DNA of 62,730 nt, filler included, from Sphacelaria rigidula (Eukaryota): the NCBI GenBank assembly GCA_964200075.2. It is 5 parts of 5 records of this genome, joined end to end, with 100 filler letters (N's around TTAATTAATTAA, not from the genome) between each part and the next. Parts side by side here need not be neighbours in the genome. Positions count along the whole stretch, not along the records: positions 12,568 to 25,034 come from CAXNAA020003736.1; positions 25,135 to 37,600 come from CAXNAA020003737.1; 3 more parts are not named here. The stretch is one strand, 5' to 3'. Of this stretch, positions 13,206 through 26,565 are shown in pieces (within the stretch, counting starts at the first letter, position 1; each line of letters starts with the position of its first letter). The notes beneath the pieces were generated by a model. That model ran no database searches, was not told the DNA's origin, and saw only the letters and a program-made list of their open reading frames with translations. The translations under genes were made by a program, and so were the position numbers.

Positions 13206-16200
13206 TCATTCCGCTCACACCAATCGGATGTAAACCAGATGCTCAATGCAGAAGGCGTGGATAGTACGGAGACAGGTACCGGCATTAGAGATGGTATGAG
13301 CGGGCGGAAAAAAAGAGGAAGAGATAGAACCAGCAGAGGAGGTCGTGGCAAAGTCGTTAAGCGGCGAGATCACTGGGCCAATCAGCTGTGCACACCCGAG
13401 TGGATGCTGACGGTGCCTTCTGACCTCGATGGGGCCGGGGATCCTCTAGGTTCCGGTGAGAAAGACAGCTGCATGCGCACTTCACGCATCTGTCCAGAAA
13501 TCTGTAGTCTCGTGCCAGTGAGTTGATATTTGAAGTTGACCACAATTTTCTATGTATGCTGCGGGCTGGACAACGACGAAGTTGTGGAGTGCTGGAGCAA
13601 TACCTTCCGATACCCTTCATAGCGACGTTGAGCCGATTATCATACTCGTACTGCTATCGGCTTTGCTACCACGCGCAGGCCGTTACCGACAGTGCTTTCA
13701 TCAGGCAGATCCCTTAAATCGTTGCGATACACGTTCATACGGCTGACATCGATCTTGACGTTATTCCGAGTGAGCGCTTGACTCTACTTGGAGTGAAGGA
13801 GTATGAAATATGCAGGAATTTCCTCACGCCTTTCTTATCGCACTCGGTTCTGTGCAAACACAGGGTGGTATGTGATGCCGCGGCCTGAGGGCAAGCGAGT
13901 GCTGCTGATCGCGGCCAATGGCGAGACAGTGGCAAGACAAATGAGCGGAGCAATCACGCACAGGTGACTCTTACGGTTTCGTCATGTTGCTTTCGAATCT
14001 TGCGACTGAAGATCTCCCGGTTGCATGGAACGACATCACAAAGTCGCTGATATCTTATCAGTCGTTGGTGTTAGCTGTGTTGTAACTTGTTCTATGGACT
14101 GAGTGAAAATTCCCATCAACCTTCCTGTTTCTTGGTGCTTGACGTTTGTCCTCGCGGGTAGCACCATTTATTTCCTGCGAACCATGAATGTTTGAATGTT
14201 TGATCATGCCGTATGAGTTGACAGATGGGAAAGGTGCACGCTTGGTACCGACCGTATGCATGGCAGGTGGCAGAAATATACGTATGATTCATGCCGTATA
14301 AATAAGAGATGGGGAAGATGTTCCGCATTGATGCCGTACGAAAATCAGGCGGGAGATGTGATGTGTGTGATTCAAACCCCGTTGCTATAGGAATCGCACG
14401 ATTTTGTTCGGCGAACGAAGAATCACTCTACGCGTGATACTGGCTCTGTATACATGCCATTAACTGAACTTCTATTAGTCGTACGGTGTTGGCTGCATTA
14501 AAATAACGTCATACCTTCAGCTACATACATTGATTGCATTAGTTTTACTTGGTCCCCTCAAAGAGGCTGTGTTGAGCACAGCTCAAGGAGGCTATTTTAG
14601 CACACAGAGGTGAAGGGATGCTCGCCCGACGGGGCTTGAAAACTGACACCTCACCCACAGCTGCGAAATTTGTTTGGCAAGCTTGTTGTCTTTGCATCAA
14701 GACTAGTATAGATTGCTATCACCATGCGGTGTCACGCAAGCTGAAGTTGACCGCAGTCAACGATGAAGTCTTGATAGTACACAGAGGAAACGCAACGGGA
14801 TAACTCTCCACTTACTGTTGGAAAAAAGTCGAATACTGATCGCTTTCCGAACTGCAGTGATTCAAAGTTCACGCAAAAACACCTCCCCGCCCCATCCCAT
14901 TCGTCACCCACCGCGAATTGAACTACTGATTTACTGACCGCCGCTTGAATCAGCATTGTAATGGCTTGAATGCTAACCCCCACCCATCATGCCCCTTGCT
15001 TCATCCCAACAGTGCATGAATCATGTTGGGGAAAATGTCAGTTTCATCCATTTCGCACGGACAACGACGCAAAACATGCACCTATAAGTCATGCTGCATG
15101 AACCACTAGCGCGAAAAATATCCACTGGATTCACCCCGTGCGAATCACGGAGTGAATGTCATGTACGTCTCCTTCATGCCGGACAAATCACGGGCGGGAA
15201 ATATGCACGTCCGATACATGCCGTACGGATGAAAGGTCGGAACAATGCACACGTTTCTCGTGCTGTATGAATGGTCAATGGCAGGTATGAAAATGTACGC
15301 TTTTGATTCATTCCGTATGAGTGATGGATGGAAACACCATGCGAAACGGTCGTGCTTTGTGAATCACCATTGGGAAAGTATACGTTCGAGGTAGTGCCAC
15401 ATACCGCACGATTCACGATTCCGGAATTTGTAGAATCACAGTGCTCGTACGAATCGAATGATTAATTCGCGCAGAAGTTGAAAATGGATGAATCACGATT
15501 CATGTCCTACGCGTGCAATATATGTGGACATTCCCGCGAGATCTTGACCAGTGTTTTGTCGTACGTTGTATCTTGTGTCGCGTTGGTTTGCAGGTTCACC
15601 TCTCATCTCCCCGGGGGGTCAGCAGCCGGTCGACGGGGCGGGGCGAAGGGCGGTGGCTACTGCATCCTTGACTGTGTATTCCATGAGCTTGACCAAACGT
15701 TCTTCGTGCTAGACATGATGGCCTGGAAGGTGAAATGTGACGTCCTCTGTGTATTGTACGTGTTGAGCTGTATGTGCGCATTATCCGCAGAGCGATTGCG
15801 TGCTCCAAAAGACATTGCTGGCCCGCGCATGGCTACCGTGGGCTCGTGTACAGTTTGCCCAGTATCAAGGCTTCATGCCAAGTAGAGGGATGCGTTTGCA
15901 TAAGAGATAATTCCACCAAAAAACAAAACCTGTATGCGGAAATGCCACGATTGATTTGCCGTGATATTCTCGGTGAACCCCCCACCCCCCCTCGTCGATG
16001 GTCAGGGCTATCCGTTGTACGACTGTACGACAGACTTTCGATTCTACTGGATTAGGACCAAGCTCCTCGAAGCAAACGGCCCGTTGGATGTCATTGGCCC
16101 GGAAAACGCCTACCGAATAAAGGTGAGGACTGCTGGACAACCGCAAAGTATTCACCAGTCAGAGGTGCACTCTAACGAGTACATGTGGAAGCAACCCACC

Positions 16201-19200
16201 AATTGTGAGCGCTACCGAATTCTGTTCAAAGGTGGGGAGTAGCAACGAAATGCGCACGGATAGTTAGTTGTTGGGAACTTGTCCCCCATTGTATTTTTTA
16301 TTTTTCGTATACAAGGAAATCTAAACGGTGCTTCCGCGTTGCATCGTTCATGTACTGCTGGTCCCCTCCCTGCAACCCCAGCACGTCCAATATCAAGAGT
16401 GCGACAGGCAAGGTCTGGCACATTCGTACTCGTCACCCGTTCCTTTCATCAAGGATGGACTTCTGTTCCACCTCAAGCAGGCACATTACCAGCTTGGCCC
16501 CACCCCTCTCGTGCTGCGATGGAAGGATGCGAAGGTGGCGAGGTATCTCGGTACCGAGGGCCCGCAGGCGAGTTTTGTTGCTGACGGTAGCCATTGAATT
16601 GCCGTTTTCGTGCTTGCTAGGGTTTCTGGTGACCTTTGGCATCGAAAGCAATTGTGCAAGCCTCCCACCAGTAGCATAGGGTATGCGTGCAATGCTATGA
16701 TCGCTTGATACAGGAGGTCAATCACGGGCCAATTTCAACGCAGAATACCGGATGCCAAAGCGCCGAAGCCATTGTCCGGCAACGACGACTGCTGTTCGCG
16801 GGAGCCCTGGCTAGTCAACCGGACGGACGATTACCGAAGCGAATAGCATTCGGAACACTAGTCGGGGGGGAGGATCCAGGACCAGGGTACCCGGACCAAA
16901 ACTGGCTGAAGTGCCTGAGGGACGATCCCCACGCTTTCGGAGCCACGGATGGCTCTACGGACGACAACCTCCAGACATCCGGAATTGACCGCGTCTTATG
17001 GATCTCAGCAGCGAATAAGGAGGGGGGGGGTTGCCGTGGCACGCGGAAGTGCTGCAGGGAGCGGAGAGGTTCATGACCTCACGGCATAGAAATGAAGGGG
17101 AGGCCAGCTGACTGCGTGCGATTAGACGGGAGACCAACGAAGCCCACATAGCACAGCAATGACGACGGTCCAGAAAAGGGGGGGGTGGAGGGTAAACCCC
17201 CCGGATGAGGGTTGTTGTCATGTCATGTAGTGCTTGTCTTGATACACCTGGTATGCTTGTGCGTACGGCTGTCCCTTGAAAAGTCGAAAGATGGAATCTT
17301 GCGATTTTTACTTCTTTGGTTGGTGGTATTTAGCGCCTTGAGTCTCGCCCGTAGTCGGACCCTATGTTCATATCTACTTGGCCTCGCGCGTCGAGTTGGA
17401 AAGCCGGGGGCCACCCCCTGAAGTCCGAATGACCACCTGCGGCACCGGATCTTCTCAGGTCAGCCATATGTACTCTCTTTCTTCTTTATTATTTATCCCT
17501 GTTTTGCTTGTATCGCGTTTTGTGAGATATAAGCCAGGTCTATTTTGTTTTTCTGGTTTTGTTTGATTTCCCCATACCTCATTATGGGTAGCTAGCCTGT
17601 GACCACGGAAAGCGTCCGCATCAGATGCCCAGTACGAATGTACCGCGCAGAGATCGGAACGGTTTTTTGTGTGAAAACAACAACAACAACAACAACAACA
17701 ACGACGACGACGACAACAACAACAACAACGACGACGACAACAACAACAACAATATCGTAGACTATCGAACGTTCGATACTGGCATGCGAAACATCGACGT
17801 GACTGTTCCATCCTTACACTGTAGACGGGTTGCACGATCCTCAACACGTGGCACGTTGCTAGTCTCGTAGTCTTTTCCCTGTATAACCGGTACCGGGCGC
17901 TAGTGTACAACTCCGTGTAACATTTGTACAGCAGCGTATTACGTCCCATCATGTAGCTTTAATGGTACCTCCTGATTGAAAACAGCTTTTGTCGCACTTT
18001 TGCCTCCTTGGGCGCGAGATGCCGCAGATTGACCCGATCGACCACAGCAGTAGGCGAAGGATAATCCCGCAACACCATATTCTGCGAGTCAGGGATTGGG
18101 GATCGCGTTACACGGCATGTCATATGCCGTCATTGGGGGTAGTGCTCTAATATAGAAGAGCTGCTCAGCTGTAGCGTTGAGGATATCGGCATTAAACTCA
18201 ACAGCCGTCGATGATTTTGCAATGAGACTGCCTCCGTGCAAAGGTTCATCCCCTCCCGTCCCTCTGGACAACTCCGTAGTGACCGGGGATAGACGCATTT
18301 CTACCCCGGTATTGGCCTTGTGCTTGATCGTCGAAATTCAATCAGCAATCCCCAGCTCGTCCATTTTTACCAAATGTACGATTTTTCGCCAGCTCACTTT
18401 CTCAGGTGTTTGATGTCCGAAACCAGAGAAAGTCGAGTTTTCAACCTTCGGAGTCCGCTTACACCAGGATTCATGCCCTAATTTTGACAAACGGAGCGCG
18501 GCGTAATGAACGTTAGTGTCCTGGTATGTGCCTTTCACTTTTTCATGACCGAATATCTTCTCATCCCATAGTGCCCGGTCTCGCCCCGTCCGGTTCCCTA
18601 TCCCTCAGACCGTGGTACTGAAAGCTGGTGAATACTGCCCAGCAGTGGGACCAGAGCTACAGGAAGTTGGACACTCCGAGAGCGGCACAGCACTCCGTGC
18701 CGATTTCAAGCATCACTTGAAACACTGCACGGAGAAGGAGGGAAAGATGGATCTCGCTGCTGATGGCGAGGTGCCGAGTGGAATGCGAATGGGGGGCAAT
18801 GGACGCGTGGTGCTGTCGTTGTTGACATCAGATGGCGTGTGCTTGGGGGAAGTCGGCCCCGAGGGAAGTGCGACGTACACCCCGCACGTGAGGACACAGC
18901 ACCGTCGTTGTTCCCGTTATTTGTCGTTCTTCAATCACGAACGAACAAATGCCATCTTAGGGACATGTTCGTGGGTGATATGTAGCCGTTCGCGTCGGTT
19001 TTTTTATGATTGTTGCGCAATTATACTCTATTTCGTCTGATAGGCGGAGCACTTCCGATTGTTTTTGGAGTACAAGGGGAGAGATTTCCGTGGAATCAAG
19101 TAGCTAGGGAACTGGCATGTAAAGTGTCCCGAAAGGAACACGGTACTCTTCGCACGAAACATGTTGCTATTTTGAGTAACTAAACACATGCGGGCATAGT

Positions 19201-20482
19201 ATTCGTGTACGGACTGGGGCAGGTGTGGGTGGCGTTTTGTGACGCAGCGCTTGATCGGCACGGTATACACCTTTAGAACATGGTGCTTCCTGCAGAATAA
19301 CTACTTTGGCACTTGTTGAGAGTTATGCCCGAGTCGATCGTTCTTATTTAAAGTTATGATTGTGGGTCTGACACGGCAGTTTGCATCCACTCCTATTCAC
19401 TCTCTCGTGTAGGCAAAGGCAGGCCAGTTGTTACGGTTCACGCTGGAGGGAGCCGAGGAAGAATTGATCCATCAACCTATGGGGGTTGTAGCCGGTGCGG
19501 CAGGCGATGCCGAGAGTTCAGTGCTGAGCAGGGCACGAGTGATGGGTCTAACGTTCGAGAAACGATGTAGCAAGCTTCGACCGATGGCAGACACGTGGAG
19601 TAAAGTGAGTGTTCTATGCACCGGCACGGCAGCACTGAGCAGGGCATGATCCGCCCGTACAGCGGTGCTGTTGCACTGTTGTGTTGTTATCCTGTATTAT
19701 GCGATAGTAAGCCTACATGCCGTTCGTGCACCATGCCAATGTATTGCGTATACGTTTTTCACCATTCAACGGGGTCGCGGACATAAATACTTGGGCACCG
19801 CAACGAACGGGGGCGTGGAACTGTTTGCACGTATGTACCATGTGGTTGACGTGCTGCCGACTTTCATGGCACTACCCAGAAAAAGTGCAAGCCTCAAGTA
19901 TATACATGATACTTATGAGCGATTCCATCCACTTTCCAACTTGATTTCGGGTTTGCTTGATGCCACGCTGCCCAGTACCTAGAAATTGTACAGCAAGTGA
20001 CGTGAGAAATGCACCACCAAATCCACACATCGTCGCTTTGTTCATGTCTCATGTATTGGAGTTTATCTGATATGCATTGGAGTTTATCTTGTATGTATTG
20101 GAGCTTATCTTGTATATTGTGAAGCTTTGAGCTTTACTCCATCACTTCCGGGAATTTTCAAGCCGTCGTGTTCTCTGTGTGGAGATGGTTCAAAGCCCTT
20201 CCATACTCGGCAATATTGTTTTCAAGGAATGCAACGAGCGAGAGGGTTTGCTCGTTATCATATTCGTTCCTCTTCAGCCGTGCAACCTTTCTCCTTCAGC
20301 GTGCAGACTTGTCGCTTTTGCTGTCGCTGCTCAACTCAAAGGTGTTATTTCAATCAAGGCTGCGGAGACAACAAGGGGTCGCAATTGACGACATCGATGC
20401 TCACATAAACCTTCAAAAGCAACCACCAGCGAACTGGAATGATGCGCACTCCGCTACACAAGATGTGGATGACATTCTTTGA
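13206..20482 (+). CDS. SNUPN: Snurportin-1 (m3G-cap snRNP import adaptor), 5'-partial; exons ~13206-13455, 13864-13963, 15594-15729, 16006-16122, 16382-16567, 18609-18887, 19413-19604, 20342-20482
   Basis: Spliced translation: [147 protein letters not shown]. All junction phases are consistent. The start of the first listed exon is uncertain and the N-terminal IBB region was not found in this piece. Confidence 0.92.
16725..17752 (+). mobile_element. 5'-truncated LINE 3' end with (CAA/CGA)n tail, inside a snurportin intron
   Basis: TGCQSAEAIVRQRRLLFAGALA..GRLPKRIAFGTL..NWLKCLRDD is a LINE ORF2 C-terminal segment related to the element at 1097-3435. It is followed by a T-rich UTR and a microsatellite tail at ~17677-17752. 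Confidence 0.82.
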
Positions 20483-23400
20483 CCATTGACGTATTTCCTG
20501 GTGGGGAGAGCAGGATACCGTGCTGTTTCAGCGACTTTGTTTCTCTCGGATTCAGCGGTAGATAGTACATGGCAATAGTCACCAGGCGTTGACAGATGTT
20601 GTGTTGTCTAGGGGGGATGGTCTTTGATAGTCCTTTCTCGTGGCGGGTATGACGGATGTTTTTCAGATACTTTTGTATCTGTTTGAAATCCATAGAAACG
20701 CACACAAATGGAGATGCAAGGCAAGATTGTAAAAGGGTTTTGTGGGCATGCTTGCTGGAGGATAGAGATGGATGATGGACAGTTGTTTGGCGGGACGACC
20801 ATACAGCCGTGATAACATGGTACCAGTACGAGTTGATCCCGGTGACCCTTGTCGATATTTTCAAGTTTAGATGATGTGTCTTTCGTTGCCCATGACACGC
20901 CATCTTGTCAGTATAATTTTTTTCTGCGTTCTCCTCGTGACGGTAGTTGTGACAACTTCAACGAATTGTTGGTGCAATTTCGGGTGCGGTATACGTTGAG
21001 CGTACGTGTGTGCGACGGGGGGCAAACCTAGTGCGAGTTTGCGTCACTGTCGTCAATACAACACGTGCGCGCGAATCCCAGCGTGACTTTTTTTAATGTT
21101 TCATTAAAAATGCCACATGTTTTTCACTTGCTGCAGAGTGCGGTGCACGTGGGATTAGACGCATGAAGCCGGTGCTACCTCATGCACACGGGGATACAGT
21201 GTTGGATTTATAGTTGGCTTGCCTGACCGTCGCCGACCTCGCGACCGGAGCGTAGGTTTGGGGTGGCAAGCACTAGTGGGTGCACAAGAGTGTGTAATGT
21301 TGGGGTTCGAAGTTTTTTAGCTTGACCATAGCCGACCTCGCGTCAGAGACGCGACATTGAGTCGAATCCTAGCCGATGCAACGCCGAGCTCCGGTGTCTA
21401 CGATAGATTCGAACGTCACCCGCCCAGCCGCCGCCGGTCTGGCGGGCAGACGTGCATTCGCAGTGTTGGGTACACGGTGTACTGTCTGTAATGTTCGCTT
21501 CTGATGGTTGCTCACCCGTATATTGCCCACCTCGCAGCGGTGGTGTAGGTTTTTGACTTCACATATCAAAGTTGGTGTTGCCTCGAGCGCTGCGGGTGCA
21601 ATACTCGGGTTTGAAGGTCGCTCCTCCGTCTATCGCCGAACTCGCGTCAGAGGCGTCGAAATTAGGTTCGTACATCCACACCGGTGCAACACCGAACACA
21701 GAGTTCAATATTAGCGATCAAGGGTCGCTCTCCCTGCCGTCGCATACCTAACAACGAAGGTTCATCCGCAGCGTCGGAAACAAAGTGCTGTTTTGTTCCG
21801 TTGTACAAAATATAGGTGCCGTGTATCCCAACGGGCGGGGGCGAGCCGTAGGATCGGCGAGCACGTGTCGTGTATTGGAAAGTGATGTGGCTAGCTCTGC
21901 ATAAGATACGCAGAGACAACTGTTGAACTGTTCTTCAGATGGGAGTTCGCTCAACTGATGTCAAGTGAGAAGGGGAGCTAGGCTTCACTGTCTCAGTAGC
22001 AGCATAAACCCCGCAGATGGTGCACAATAAGTGTCACGTCACTATCGATGTGCTGTTCCAATTTTCAATTCCAATTTTCAAAATTGGTTGTTGTCTCAGG
22101 TTATTCCAGATTCGGCATTAGATACCTGACAAAAAATACTCTCGTTTTTTTCGGAATACTTGAAAAAAAAAAAGCAACACGAGCAGTATCAGCAGCATCT
22201 TTACTCCCAGTAGATGTACGCGGCTGGGAGTGGGTCTAAATCGGCCGGTGCCGATTTGTGTGTGTGTCAGCGCTGTCCAGCACGGTGGCTATTACTGGCA
22301 AGGTGCGTGGGTGTTGTCGCACGGTCGAAAGGCGAACCGTCTACGATCAAGAGCAGCAGCAGTAGCAGCAGCAGCATCGGCGCTTGATTCAGACCCACCC
22401 CCAGCCACGTACATTTACTGGCAATGAATATGCTGCTGATACTGCTGCTGCTGCTGCTGCTTCTCGTGCGGACGGTCCACGGCACTTGACAGCCCCCCGC
22501 ATACACACAAGATCTAGAGGACCTAGTTTGATATTTTGCTGGGGTCGCATCAGCGACCCGAAAATCCCCCCACAAAGCGGAAAACACCCTTTTAGTAGTA
22601 CATTTGGGTTATTTGCGAGTCAGCATCACGCTCAAACGCGAAAACCAAACTAGGCGACGTAGCTTGGGTGTGTGGGAAGCGCGCGCAAGAAACCGCAGTC
22701 CAATCCCCCGCTTCGGTGTCGAGTTGTAAGCGTTGCGCGATTGGCACTTTTGGGTTGAGGATCAGTAGCGTCTTTCGAGGTCGAAGATGGCAAATTCGAA
22801 AAAATCGGTGCGCATGGCGAGTATCCTTTGAAGTGTCGAACTACAGAGGGAGAGTTGACAGAAGAAAGACAAAGCTGACCGCTGCTCTGTGTCAGGGCTC
22901 CAGTGCAGAAGCCAAGGCGGGGAGAGCGATTTTGGCACGAGTATGTGCGTTACATCTGCTGGCGACCGCGGTCATGTATTTTGTAACTGTCTGTATATAC
23001 CATTAATAGTATGAGAATGAAATGCAAACTATGCGATGTTTGACAACGGTTCCAGCGGAGAAGCCAAGACGAGAAGAGTGATTTTGATTTCAGACTGCGC
23101 ACCATGTATGCCCAGGTCCGCAGAGCCACGATGTTCAAATTGTTCAAATTCACTGCAGTTACGTTGGTGTGTAGCGGCCACAACAGTTGCTGTTCGTGCT
23201 CTTGTCTTGTTATCTTCGCAATTACGGTGAACGTGGGGTGGCAGCTCGGGGGCGTGTGCTTCCCGACTGGTACAGACAAAGACAGGACACTCGCTAGTGC
23301 ACAAGATTGTCCATCTACTGATGTGGAGCGAGCTTTCCGAAGGAACAAAACCCCCTCGACACCGACCTCTCCCAGACTTGAATAAATGTACTATAAATAA

Positions 23401-23689
23401 ATTCATTTTTTATGAGCCAAATCGTAATTTGTAGGTGACGCTTGTATTTTCCGCTGATACTATATGACTCGTTGGATTACCGGCCACTTTAGACGCATGT
23501 AGCGTTCAGCTTGCACTTTCCATGAATATAGTACCGAAAATCTGCAATTAACAGCGGATCCCAATTTTCGGGGTTGAACTAAAAAATGAGGTTCAACCCG
23601 CAAATCACTCTCGTTGGGAAAATACCAAACAGTAACACAGAAGGAAAGTCTTTCCCCCCAAAACTCCGCAGGAGGAGTTGGGCAGTTCG

Positions 23690-24120
23690 GGCTAGGTGCA
23701 CCCAACGAATGCGGTGTACACGCGTGTCGATGACGATATCACCAGAGAGAGAAGCAACGACAGAGAAGGAGCTCCTCGCCCGTGTCCTTTGTGTGTCCTC
23801 GCTCGGCGACTATCAATCGCTCGAGAGACTGGCACCATGGATGTTACCCGCATATACCCAATTTTCCATGTTGTGCCTGAAGACCGAGCTGCGGAGAGAT
23901 TTCGTCTCTTCGTCTTCCCTGAGCACCTCACCGATGCGAAGATCAATTTCTCTCTGGCTCTCTTTTTGGTCAGCACGCGCGCGCCTCTGTGCGCTGAAAA
24001 ACATGTCGTTGAAAAAAGAGGGCAATATTCCCGTCACCGGTACTACTGTGCTCTGTCACACACATGCCCGCAAGCACGGTGCTGCGGCAAAACCAGATAG
24101 ATCCAATATGAACTTAGGGG
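23690..24120 (-). repeat. Dispersed repeat of unknown class; second copy at ~37860-38292 in opposite orientation
   Basis: Shared blocks ctctctctggtga(t/c)atcgtcatcgac.cgcgtgtacaccgcatt..tgcacctagcc and gcgcacagaggcgcg. Confidence 0.75.
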
Positions 24121-24221
24121 ATGTTATTCATCGTCGATTTTCGCCCATCTCCCCCCAACCGGGCGCTTGACCACACGCCAGTTGGGGGGAGTGCACGAGA
24201 CATCAAACACTTGTGAAGACC

Positions 24222-25034
24222 TTCTTGACATGCAGAGTGAAAAAAGGTACCTATGGTGGTGACCTAACTGTTGCTAGCGACGTGCGGAGGGGTGCGTCAG
24301 CTGCGATCTGGAGCTTCCGTTGATCTACTCTACTGACTGCCTGCCGTCTGCAGAGCGTCTTCCTAGAGGTCACACTGGGTACTGTAGCATGTTATTATGT
24401 ACCCAAAATTGGAACACCTTTGGAAACGAAAGAGTTCGTTCTTTCAAAGTACGTCGACATGGTTAAAATGACTCTCCTCACCCCAGGGAAAGTGTCCGCT
24501 TTGGGTCCGTTCAAACGTTCGAAGATAGTGTCGAACACCACTATGAACCTTTTCTGGCATTGACATCTGCCAATCAGTACAGTACGATCACAAATTGACA
24601 ATTGAACGTTCTTATCAGAAACAAACGGGCATCAAACTGTTTGCAGGTAGAAAAACCGGCATTTTCATCGACGAGAGACTCTGTGTTCCCCCGTGGGCGT
24701 TACATGCGGTCCCAAAAACTATGCTGTTCTTCTTTCATACCTGGCGGGCAGACGGGGAAGCCGCCGTCCCGCGGGTGAGGAGAGTCATTTTAACCATGTC
24801 GACGTACTTTCAAAGAACGAACTCTTTCGTTTCCAAAGGTGTTCCAATTTTGGGTACATAATAACATGCTACAGTACCCAGTGTGACCTCTAGGAAGACG
24901 CTCTGCAGACGGCAGGCAGTCAGTAAAGTAGATCAACGAAAGCTCCAGATCGCAGCTGACACACCCCTCCGCACGTCGCTAGCAACAGTTAGGTCACCAC
25001 CATAGGTACCTTTTTTCACTCTGCATGTCAAGAA
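24222..25034. mobile_element. Non-autonomous element with long, near-identical inverted repeats (~262 bp: 24222-24483 and 24773-25034)
   Basis: The arms are reverse complements with only a few mismatches. The right arm runs into the contig end, so the true terminus and TSD are not visible. Confidence 0.8.
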
Positions 25035-25134
25035 NNNNNNNNNNNNNNNNNNNNNNNNNNNNNNNNNNNNNNNNNNNNTTAATTAATTAANNNNNNNNNN
25101 NNNNNNNNNNNNNNNNNNNNNNNNNNNNNNNNNN
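25035..25134. other. Artificial contig spacer
   Basis: N44-TTAATTAATTAA-N44. Confidence 0.98.
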
Positions 25135-25174
25135 CCGACATCTCCACTCTCCCCCTACACCACGCTCTCCCGAT

Positions 25175-25176
<2 letters not shown>
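25135..25176 (+). other. Illumina universal (P5/Read 1) adapter remnant
   Basis: 35/42 identity to CCGAGATCTACACTCTTTCCCTACACGACGCTCTTCCGATCT; all 7 mismatches are to C; located at a contig start. Confidence 0.9.

Positions 25177-25229
<53 letters not shown>
25176..25229. repeat. (CA)n microsatellite
   Basis: Read directly from the sequence. Confidence 0.95.
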
Positions 25230-25230
<1 letters not shown>

Positions 25231-25976
25231 GTATTTCCATACGTTTCACGATCAGTAAGCCTTCCAGTAGGTGCTCAGGGCACGGGTATAGTGGGAAATG
25301 TTACAAAATACCCATGGGTACTCAGGTATGCTGAGTATTTTATCCGTCCATGCTCGAGGTACAACACTACGGGACACCACCCGAGTTTCGTCATTCGATT
25401 GCCCTGCGTACCCCGAATGGAATATTGGGAACTCGAAATACTCGAAATACTCAAAATACTGGGGGCGTGCCTGCCTCAGGGTACGTACCCTTATACTGAG
25501 CACCTTTGGCACATTTCCACTCCTCCATCCTCCACCCTTCGCCGCTTGCTCCCACTAACCACTACGTCTGTGGCCATGTATGTGAACAGGAGGAGGCGAT
25601 GGCTGCTGCGGCAGCAGCCATGGCGAGCAGCGGTATGGGCCCGCCCAGGACCCCCAGGGGGCGACGTTCTATTGGCGGGGCTGGAGGAACGCCGGGCATT
25701 AGGTCAGCTGTCATCCATGTGTATGTGTATGTACTGCAAGGACGTGTTTATATACGTATGTATTGCCGCGAATGAATCGAAATTGAGAAATTACCCCGAA
25801 CTCCACGCAGAACAGCTGTGGAATATGACTACGGCAGGGTGATGACATCGAGATGTGTCATGGTCTCGACTTGTGGAAAGGTTTTGATTTAATTGATTGT
25901 TAGACAGCATTACTATAACTAATCCCCGAGGGACGCAGCCTCGGTCCAAAATTACGATAAAAGTAGACGTACACCC

Positions 25977-26235
25977 ATGAGGCAGTGCGTAAGCCGTGGC
26001 TGTCTCTGGAAGCGGCGATACCAGAAAATGAAGCAAGTCATCGGAGGTTGTCATCCAAATGCAAGATACATCAGTACGCTTCAGGCCGAACAACCTTACC
26101 ATAGCAGGATGCAGCTCACCCTTCATGCGACTCGCCGAACATATCACGGCGCTTCGCGCTTGGTGATTGATTGCGAGTCTGGTCCGGCGAAAACCCGGCG
26201 TGCTCCGTCCCGGCTTTGTAGGGATGCGCGGTCGA
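25977..26235 (+). repeat. Dispersed repeat; second copy at ~62437-62680
   Basis: atgaggcagtgc.taagc..gcgataccaga..acggcgcttcgcgcttggtgattga..gaaaacccggcgtgct..gtcccggctttgtaggga is present in both. Confidence 0.8.
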
Positions 26236-26565
26236 TGGTCTTCTGACTACGGCGTGCAAGATCATGAGTACCCCCCCCTCCCTCCCCCACGAAAACGACA
26301 AACCAAACCAAACCTACCCAGAGGAGGACAACAGCGTATAGCGCTGCGCCTGCCTACTGCCTCCCCCTCTAACCAAAACAAGGCGTATCACACCAACAAA
26401 AAGGGATGCCGCGCCAGCTACTGTACAACTGTATATGCCAATGTCTGAGTGACGGCCAGGATTAATCGCACAAATAAAATATGAGAGGACTTGTACACAA
26501 CTCGGTCGATCTTTCACAGAAGACAGCTCCTGCAGGCGAGAACATATTGATATAATAGTACGCAC

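Noticed and set aside
14120..15510. Coding sequence in the snurportin intron
   Set aside because: Dominated by short catgccgta and gaatcacg reiterations, probably old TIR-element debris; the ORFs are uninformative.
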